DNA from: Octopus sinensis
Lineage: Eukaryota
Direction: 5' to 3'
NCBI RefSeq assembly: GCF_006345805.1
Contig: NC_042997.1
Coordinates: 196,726,001 to 196,790,000 of the forward strand
Length of the DNA: 64,000 nt
Shown here: positions 53,994 to 64,000 of the stretch, piece after piece
Position numbering within the stretch: position 1 is the first letter of the stretch
How the letters are laid out: every line of letters begins with the position of its first letter
Notes under the pieces: generated by a model
The model's database searches: none
Told to the model about the DNA's origin: nothing
Seen by the model: the letters and a program-made list of their open reading frames with translations, nothing else
Position numbers and translations under genes: made by a program

Positions 53994-54387
53994 TACACGC
54001 GCGCGTAGTATTAAAATTGGTATGTATCCATATTTTTTCTACCATCAACAACATATTGCATAGATCATTTACAGTGATCGTCATATATATCACTGATTTA
54101 TATATATATCTATATATATATACCAATTTAAGGAACTGAACACGAAAAGGTGGACAGTCAACATGCTAGATATAGACGTCAAATCGCCATTCTCCACAAA
54201 GATTTGTTCTCAAAAAAAATAAAAATAGAAGGCGCAGGAGTGGCTGTGTGGTAAGTAGCTTGCTAACCAACCACATGATTCCGGTTCAGTCTCATGCGTG
54301 CCATCTTGGGCAAGTGTCTTCTGCTATAGCCCCGGGCCGACAATGTGAGTGGATTTGGTAGACGGAAACTGAAAGAAGCATGTCGTA

Positions 54388-54429
<42 letters not shown>

Positions 54430-54433
54430 ATAT

Positions 54434-55036
54434 CACCGTGATCACCGTGACCGACCAGGCTATCAGATGTTGCTACACATCGCTGGTCACAATGCGCTTC
54501 CCATTGTTTTAGCCTTCAAAGAGTAAAAGGAAGTTGTGGCAAAAGTGTACAGCAGGGATCGCCGCCCCCTGCCGGATCTTCGTGGAGCTTTAGGTGTTTT
54601 CGCTCAATAAACACTCAACGCCCGGTTTGGGAAAGGAAACCGCGATCCTACGACTGCGAGTCCGCTGCCCTAACCACTTGGCCATTACGCCTCCACAAAC
54701 ACACACACACACACACAGACAGATATATATATATATATATATCACGTGATCACGTGACCGACCAGACTATCAGATGTTTTACACAACGCTGGTCACAATG
54801 CGTTCGCATTGTTTTAGCCTTCAAATGACGCCACCCCGCTGGCTAAGCGAGCAGGTCAACAGAAGAAAGAGTAAAAGGAAGTTGCGGCGGAAGTGTACAG
54901 CAGGGATCGCCACCACCCCCTGCCGGAGCTTTGTGGAGCTTCAAGTGTTTTCGCTCAATAAACACTCACAACGCCCGGTCTGGGAATTGAAACCGCGATC
55001 CTACAACCCTAGCCACTTGGCCATTGCGCCTCCACA
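54434..55036 (-). mobile_element. Two tandem SINE family C copies (54434-54697 and 54739-55036)
   Basis: Both align with 25757-26056; tails tcaccgtgatcaccgtga and tcacgtgatcacgtga. Confidence 0.9.
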
Positions 55037-55063
55037 CACACACACACACATGTATATATATAG

Positions 55064-55119
<56 letters not shown>

Positions 55120-55379
55120 TTACTGAAATCAGATTTCTCAGTCGTACATCAGGTAATAGAGTGGATATGTTATGCATATAATACTAATTTGATCTGTTCC
55201 ATCCGACCATTCTTGAAGACTATGAATTTACATTTCCACACTTGAAAAGTCCTTGAAAGCGAAATCTTTCGGTAGCGTGTTGGCTGTTGTGAAATTAATT
55301 AAATTGATAATATTGCATAAATATTATTACATTCATACATACATACATACACCGACATCATCCAGCCATATAATTATAT

Positions 55380-55677
55380 ATATATATACACAAACACAAA
55401 TATATATATATACATATATAAATACACAAACACACACACATATATATATATATATAAATACACACACACACACATATATATATAAATACACAAACACACA
55501 CACACACATATATATATATACACACAAAACACACACACACATATATATAAATACACAAACACACACATATATATAAATACACAAACACACACATATATAT
55601 AGATACACAAACACACACACACCACACACACATATATAAATACACAAACACACACACACACATATATAAATACACAA

Positions 55678-55710
<33 letters not shown>

Positions 55711-55801
55711 CATATATAAATACACACACACACACATATATACATATATAAATACACACACACACACACATATATATATATACATATATAAATACACAAA
55801 T

Positions 55802-55836
<35 letters not shown>

Positions 55837-56061
55837 AACACATATATATATATACAAACACACATATATATATACACAAACACACACATACACACATATA
55901 CACACATATATATATATACACAAACACACACACACACACATATATATATATACACAAACACACACATATATATATATATATACAAAACACACACACACAC
56001 ACATATATATATATACACAAACAACACACCACATATATATAATACACAAACACACACACAC

Positions 56062-56111
<50 letters not shown>

Positions 56112-56115
56112 CACA
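55380..56115. repeat. Compound (CA)/(TA) array with recurring tataaatacacaaac unit
   Basis: Directly visible. Confidence 0.95.
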
Positions 56116-57516
56116 CAAGCGTTACGGAGTGGAGTAGGAAAGATCCGGGTTACATGTTTCATAGCGAGGGGAACCTCTTGAGGCCAAGGATATCCTGATT
56201 AGATTAAAGGTTACATTGTCGCAAGGAGGTACAATTCGACGCAAGGAAGATTCAAGCAGAATCGCATCTGTCGAATCAATTTGTTTGTAGCGGGAATAAT
56301 GAGTATCACGTACTCGTTTTTGTTGGTAAGTGGGATATCCTTAACCGACAAGTTTAAATTCATTTTCTCTATTCCAGTGTCTTCCGCACAGCGTTCACTA
56401 AATTATGAACAAGTGATATATAAATCTAAGATCCAGGAGTCGAGGTGTAGGAACAAAGTTAGCTTCCAGCAATCCGTAGTAAATAAGTAAAACAAAAACA
56501 ATTTGAGCTTAGCTCTGGTTATGAGTGGCTGTGTGGTAAGTAGCTTGCTTACCAACCATGTGGTTCTGGGTTCAGTCTCACTGCGTGGCACCTTGGGTGT
56601 CTTCTACTATAGCCTCGGGCCGACCAAAGCCTTGTGCATGGATTTGGTAGACGGAAACTGAAAGAAGCCCGTCATATATATATATATGTCTATGTATATA
56701 TATATGTGTGTGTGTGTTTGTGTGTGTATGTTTTTATCCCTCCAGCATCGCTTGAAACCGATGCTGCTGTGTAACTTAGCGGTTGTAGGAACATAAACCT
56801 TATCCCACGACAACCGATGCTGTCCCCGTAACTTAGCGGTTGTAGGAACATAAACCTTATTCCACGAAAAGATAGCTTAAACTGTGCTCTAAATGGAGGT
56901 GTAGTCAAATCGTATTTTATGGACTCAACCATGTTCTCAAATAAGTCGAAAGGTAAGCTACTATTTAATCGGCACGAACTTTCCGGACAACCCAATATAT
57001 ATACTATTCTGACCAAATACGCACGTTTTGAGATGGACTAAGTAAATTCGATGGGTATATAGTTGTAAATAATTGTGTACACTCGTATTTTGCGTGTGCT
57101 TTCTTGGTATGTATAAATATGTTCATGTATTTTGCAAAGTATGTTCTACTGATGAAAGAGGAGTTAGTAAACGTATCCCAGAAATTGATCAATCTAGAAC
57201 AATCTGAATTATTTTACTAATTTTTGGTCTGTCCCCTTCGCCTACTTTCAACCTGCGTATTTTTTTTTTTTATATCTAGGCACAAGGCCCGAAATTTTTG
57301 GGGAGGGAGCCAGACGATTAGATCGACCCAAATACGCAACTGGTACTTAATATTTAATTTATCGATCCCGAAAGGATGAAAGGCAATGTCGACCTCGGTT
57401 GAAGTGAAACGTATAGTAGTTGGACGTATTTGGAGTCTCTTTCTAGCATATAGGCATAGGCATGGTAACTTCTCTATCCTTAATTATAATTGTATTCTAT
57501 ACATTACCTTTGTATG

Positions 57517-57547
<31 letters not shown>

Positions 57548-57658
57548 TATATATGATAATAATAAATATGGGGAATATTATTCCAAATTTACAGGGAAAA
57601 TTCAAATGGTATAATTTATTTTTTCATTATTGAATTGATAAAAGGTGGGTTTTTTCTA

Positions 57659-57699
<41 letters not shown>

Positions 57700-58435
57700 A
57701 TGTATGTATGGAGAGAGAAGAAGAGAGAGAGAGAGAGAGAGAAAGACGAGAGGGAGAGGAGGGAGCGAGAGAGAGAGGGTGGAATCTTCTTTCGGCTTTC
57801 ATCTACCAGATCCATTCAGAAGCCTTCATTCAGCCTGCGGTTAAAAACAAATTCTGCCCAAGGTGCCACGTAGTAGGTGGGAACTCAGAACTATGTTGTT
57901 GAATGGTTGAAAAGCTTCTTACTACCGCCACGATTGCGCCTATCCTTATTAAGAGGAATTGTTTCCAAGCTGACCATGCTTCACCCCAGCAAAGTTCTAA
58001 ATAATTGTATAATTAATTAAAAAACAAACACTTTGAGAATCTTGCGACTCCTTAAGCTGAGATCAGTATATGTAAACAAATTGAAAAGACACTGTATTAC
58101 GTTACATAGGTTGTTGAATGATTCTATGTTTCAGGACAGATTACGCTTTTCAAATAGAAGAAAAAAAATCATCAAAGGCTTCCAAATAATGCATTGTTCC
58201 CGGCAGGCCATTATATAAGCAGACACACACATACTCTTCCATTTTTTATTTTTAATTATGTAGCCTTAGAAATACATGATACTGAAAAACATGGCTGCTT
58301 TGTAAGCTTATATTCTTTTTATGAAAATAATTCATTCAACTCTACAGTTTTATTCTGGTCACTTTAAGAGCAACTGCCGTATGTATCTGCAAGTAGTTTC
58401 TATGACTACAGTGTATGTATGTATGTATATATATA

Positions 58436-58466
<31 letters not shown>

Positions 58467-59311
58467 ATATACAAACAACTACTACTGCTGCTCAAAGGAA
58501 CATATATAAAGGACAAAAGACAGGCAGTCAACCAGAGTTGAAACACTCCTGTCACAACCTGGGACCTTGAAGACTGCTATAATGCAAGAAGGTATACTAG
58601 TGCCCTAATATTTTATATTCAACATTTCATCTATTAATAAGACAATCAATACTTCATTTCATTTTATTATATATATATTATTTATACTATATATTCAGTA
58701 TTCTATGTTAATATTATAAAGAATATATATATAAAATATAACAATCATAGTTGGAATATTTGAATAATATATATCCCTCTATACACAATCATACAAATCC
58801 CTTGTATATATATATATATATATTATATATATATGAAAATGGAAAATATGGACAGTGTCTTACAATGAGAAAAGGAAAAAGACATTTTCTATTTCGTATT
58901 GTAAGAATTTGCTGTCCTCGCTCCCTCGCTACTTTATTATACTTTGTTTTTCTTCATGTTTCAAGCAAACTACAGCGGTCCTCCTTCACACAGACACAGG
59001 CGCGCGCACACAAAACACACACACATACTTACATGTAAATAGATTGATAGATAAAAACTGTAAACTCCTTAACTGGAACTCAGATAAGTTACTCGCTTAA
59101 AACAATAATGTGGTGCTCCATCATGGCCGCATTCATGGGTGGAAGTTGCGAAAATGGCAAGAGTGGATGATATCTCTCTAAGTGTAGAAATGTGAGCCGG
59201 AGTAAGGAACTGGAGAGGACACTTATCTGGTGTTCATGGAGATCTTGGACTGTGGAGTTTCTCGATTATTCCTAGAGGTCAACCTCTATCTGTTTCATCC
59301 CACCTTCTTTT

Positions 59312-59760
59312 GTATGACAACCATATGTGCGTGACATAGTGATCTCGTATCAAGATAAACAGCACATGACCTTTCTGATGGGGCCCAGTTAGAATGTTCT
59401 TCTGGTCGAGTAGCCCATCCCGCTCAAAAGGTCCCTGAATAAGGATTCTTTAAGGATGTTGAACGAAACATGTTTCCATTGGTGAATTATTAAAACCCCA
59501 AAGAATCCCTTTCAACACATGGCTATAATGCTCCCCCAGTACTTCTGCTAGTGATTAGAGATGCACATATCGTCAGCCACTAAGGGACATGCTCAACTGG
59601 TTAAGGTCAAACAACTGACAAACAAATCTGTGGTATTGAGCAGAATATTTGCTGTAGCCCATCTTTTATACCAAGACAAAACAATGTACATGATAACACT
59701 TCCAGTCAGTTTAGATCAGAAGCCACGAGAGCCACTGCTTGGTACTGCATCAGGGCATTA
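59312..59760 (-). mobile_element. Second, truncated copy of the unclassified (TAA)n-flanked repeat
   Basis: Reverse complement aligns with 44610-45070. Confidence 0.85.
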
Positions 59761-60024
59761 CTATTATTATTATTATTATCATTATTATTATTACCCGACG
59801 TGCTAGCAGAACTTTTAATACGTTGGACAAATTGTATAGTGACATTTCGTCCGGCTCTTTACATTCAGAGTACAAATTCTGCCGCACTCGACTTACATCC
59901 TTTGGAGGTCCGTAATATGAAGTACCAGTTGATCACTAGTATCTATGAAATCGTCTTTTCCCCTCCTGCCAAAATGTCAGGCTTTGAGTTTGAGTAGAAT
60001 TATTTTTATTATTAATATTAGACA

Positions 60025-60310
60025 AGTGCGCATGGCTCAGTGGTTAGAACGTCGGACTCACGATCTCGAGGTAGTGATTTCGATTCTCAGACCGGGTTGT
60101 GTGGTGTTGCTCCAGCTTATTCAGCTTTTGTAATGAGTTGCGACGTCGCTGGTGCCTTTGTCTTTCCCTTGTATAACATCGGTGGCGTGGAGAGGAGAGG
60201 CTAGTATGCATGGGCGACTGCTGGTCTTTCGTAAACAACTTTACCCGAACTTGTGCCTGAGAGGGGAACTTTCTAGATGCAATCTCATAGTCATTCGTGA
60301 CCGAGGGAGC
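60025..60310 (+). mobile_element. tRNA-headed SINE with D-like head and a distinct tail
   Basis: gcatggctcagtggttagaacgtcggactcacgatc..gatttcgattctc head; tail unlike families A-D. Confidence 0.65.
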
Positions 60311-60573
60311 GATTCTATTTTAATATTAGACATATTGACTTTATCAGTAGAAAAGAAGTACGTATCGTTTGCCAAAGAAGTACGTATTTAACCGAAACAG
60401 GCTCGTTTGTATACCTAAGATTAATGGAAGGGGGAACACAAAATTCGAAATATCGTAGGTTTTCAAGTAGGGATAAAAAATATCTACTCGATAGCGCTTA
60501 ACAATTTCCTAATGACGTTTACATGACAGAAGAGGAGTTTCTTCATAAATATCCATCAAATCACACACACACC

Positions 60574-60630
<57 letters not shown>

Positions 60631-61681
60631 TATATACATTCACTTACACACGCATATACCCATAGATAGATAGAGCCTTTTAACACATATACACGCACGT
60701 ATATACACGAAATATTTATATCAAATAACATGAAATGCAGATTGTATTTTAGGAGGAATAAATATAGATTTGAATCAACAGAAAAAATATTACACTAGTA
60801 AATATTTGAGTTAATAATAACTTTTTTTTCAACAAATGAATTGTATTGTCATTTGCTTAAGACAAAGCTAATAAATATATGAAATTTATAGCTTTATCAA
60901 AATAGGGAAATCAAATAAATCTATATATTTATCGCAAACAGAGAAAAATTATAAAATATTTTCTACGCTTGAGAAAACTCAATGAAGCTTTCCACAGAAA
61001 TATACAAGATTTGCAAATACACGTGATGTTTTAACATAATATTATATAAACTATTTAGATTAATTTCAATAACCAAATCTTGTTGTTATCTGTTACATAA
61101 TTAAAATTTGGAAACTTCGAGCGAACGGGAAATAATTCGTTTTAAAAGTAGAACTCGAAGTCGATGACGACTATAAATAACAGCATGAAAAAAAACTGAG
61201 TTAAGAAGCACTTTGGATAGGAAAAGTCCCAAATTACTCTTCGTATTTTTCTATCCAAAATCTGTTTTAATCCGAACTTTACATGCTATTATAGCTTTAT
61301 ATACTTCGAGCTTCACTTCTTAAAACGAATTATTGTTGTTATTGTGGTTACTCTTATAAAAGTTCAATTTGGCAACTTGTGTTGCAGTGACAAAAATGTC
61401 TTCAGTTCGAAATAATTGGTCGTGTGACATTTCGAAAGAGGACTTGGGTATCTGCTTAAGTTTCAGGTAAGTTTTGTAGAGCAATTTGCTCCTCATTAGG
61501 CATATGGTTCCACGTCGGAAATACTGCTTCACTGGGATTTAATTACATATTTGTTGTTTGAATTATACATAAGAATTGTATTTGACAACAAAGGAACATT
61601 AATTATCATAATAATAATCAATCTACACGGATTTTAATATATATATTATATATCTATATATATATATATATATAATATATA

Positions 61682-61713
<32 letters not shown>

Positions 61714-62849
61714 ATATACTTATATATATAGATAACACAGATGGGTTGAGGTTATCTGAAGCTGTTTCAGATGTATTTTTTTTATTTATGAACAAAAGTG
61801 TTACATCATACAAGAAAACATTTTTCATCACTTTAGTAACTAACATATATGCCAGTATACATTGTCAGTACACAGGTGCGCTATCTCCGATTCTACCATG
61901 GTATTTTTACTATTTAGTTACCCGATTCTTTCAAATTCAGAAAATTTATATATATATATATATTAGTAAAAAAAAGAGTTATATGATTATGAGAAAATAG
62001 TTATTCATTCTTTAATTCCTTACTAATATAGTTCTGGATTAATAAACTAAAACATTAAGTTATAAATTTCGAATTTACAATTTGTGCCTTACACAGGGAT
62101 TTAACAACTTATACATATTTCTATAATCCTGATTGAAGATTCTGTTAGCCGGGTTTTCTTTAGATTGTGTTCTTATAGAGATATTCGGTTGGATTTCAGT
62201 ATACAAATATTTTTTAAAGCCGAAGGAATATAAATTGAGAAAAAATAATTTTAGATGTCGTTGGTTAGTATAGTTACATGACATTTCAATATATCAATGT
62301 AGGTTTTCATTCTTCTGGAAATCTACGGAAGAAAGTGTTGATAGCTGACTTCTTTAATATGTAGTGTGTGTGTGTACGAAGAGTAGTTCTGCATATATCT
62401 CTACTAATCTAACGAATTGATGCATGGACGTATGGAGCTTCGCTACTGATTTTCAAAACCATATTTAAAAACATGTAAAAGTCACACTGTATGCTACAGT
62501 TTGAGCGTTTCCAAATATGTGCCATTTGAAACATCATTATTCGTATGCATGTTAAATATATAGTATGAAATATATTGATATAATGTCACTGTGTTAGCAT
62601 TAGAGTACTATATTTTGCTAACTTTTAAACTCAAAAACATGAACTGTGTATTTTATAAAAAACAGGGAATGCACTGGCAGATTTTTACCTTCCGCAAAAA
62701 ATCTACCTATAACATGTTTTTATACTTTATCCAAAGTCAGTCACGAATTTCTAAAAAAATTTAGTGTCATTGAGTTTACATTTTCGCTGGATGAGAGTCG
62801 TGATAATGTGCGAAATTTTATTTTGAATATGTCACAGTTAAGGACCAAG

Positions 62850-62893
<44 letters not shown>

Positions 62894-64000
62894 CAATAGT
62901 TCAGTGTGCCCAAAGTAGGTTACAGTTATCACGTAGACACTTTGAATTTCTTTTAAAACATTTTTTTATATTTCAATTTCTATCTTACAATTAACTAAAT
63001 AGCATAGAGATAATTATTTCATATCATTTTATAATTAGATCTAAACTGTTAATCTATGAATGCGAATGTTGGATGTATTATGTATATGTATGTATATACA
63101 ATATATATATATATTATATATGTAAAATAATAATAAATGATATGTTAATTATATTATTATTAGATAATAAATCGTATGGTAGACAGATGTTAGCTTGCTA
63201 ATAAAACACGTTTACTTCACAGTGTTCGTTTGTTATTTGAACAATGGGAAAGACGGAGGACGGAAGATACCGGAATTTTATCTATAATAATAAATGACAA
63301 GTTTGTGTGTTTCTGAATATATATATATACACGACGAGCTTCTTTCAGTTTCCGTCTACCAAATCCACTCAGAAGGCTTTGGTCGGCCCGAGGTTATAAT
63401 AGAAGACACTTGTCCAAGGTGCCACGCATTGGGACTGAACCTAGAACCATGTGGTTGGTTAGCAAGCTACTTACCACACAGTCACTCCTGCGAGTATGCA
63501 AATTTAAAATTTCAAAGGTGTCGATACTTGTGACGTGTACATTCTAAAAATAAGGACAGTATAAGGAATCAATAAATTGTAATAGTTATTCAAAAAAACT
63601 AAACGCATTGAGAGTCGACACAGACCAGCATGAGTTGTAAAAAAATTGAGTAATTGTGAAAAAACACGAGATGGAAACATTTTCACAAACTGCACCAAAT
63701 GAAAATAACACATTTGTATTTTATTGAAATGAATATAAATGTTTGAAAGTTGTAAAAAAAATTGTTTAAATGTTTAAAAAATTGAAATAAAATAAATAAG
63801 AAACCCACTATCAGAATTATCAAATTTTCTAGTAATTATAAAATATATTTATGAAAACAAATTATCGATAACGACAATGTTTTTGTTATTCATTCCAGCA
63901 ATTCATTGTAATTAAAGGTTGTTCAGACTACAGAGTGAATTATTTGCAACTTCTATAATAAAATACAGGAATTAAATATTAAATATTGTACTAACAAACC

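Overview
AT-rich (roughly 30% GC by eye), repeat-saturated eukaryotic DNA. The SINE families and (TA)n/(TACA)n density match my recollection of octopus genomes, so the source is probably Octopus or a close relative; this is an inference, not a database match. No intact protein-coding gene, tRNA/rRNA gene or CRISPR array can be supported, and most supplied ORFs are microsatellite artefacts. The window contains four tRNA-headed SINE families (working names A-D, about 40 copies or fragments) and decayed LINE fragments (CR1-like x2, RTE x2, Tx1/L1-like, R4/Dong-like x2). It also has mariner and hAT transposase fossils, pogo-like MITEs, a non-autonomous Helitron, multi-kb microsatellite arrays and an old 14-bp satellite. 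Two observations stand out. First, four minimal hammerhead-ribozyme folds of the Penelope type sit in four different short repeats; one (40614-40662, minus strand) has the core GUGAACA instead of CUGANGA, a compensatory swap of the 3:8 tertiary pair that a standard motif search would miss. Second, three long fold-back palindromes with unrelated arms share a short leader motif. Scattered splice-site-bounded segments hint at a large-intron host gene, but candidates occur on both strands and none is confident. Repeat boundaries are approximate (about +/-10 bp) unless a junction is quoted.
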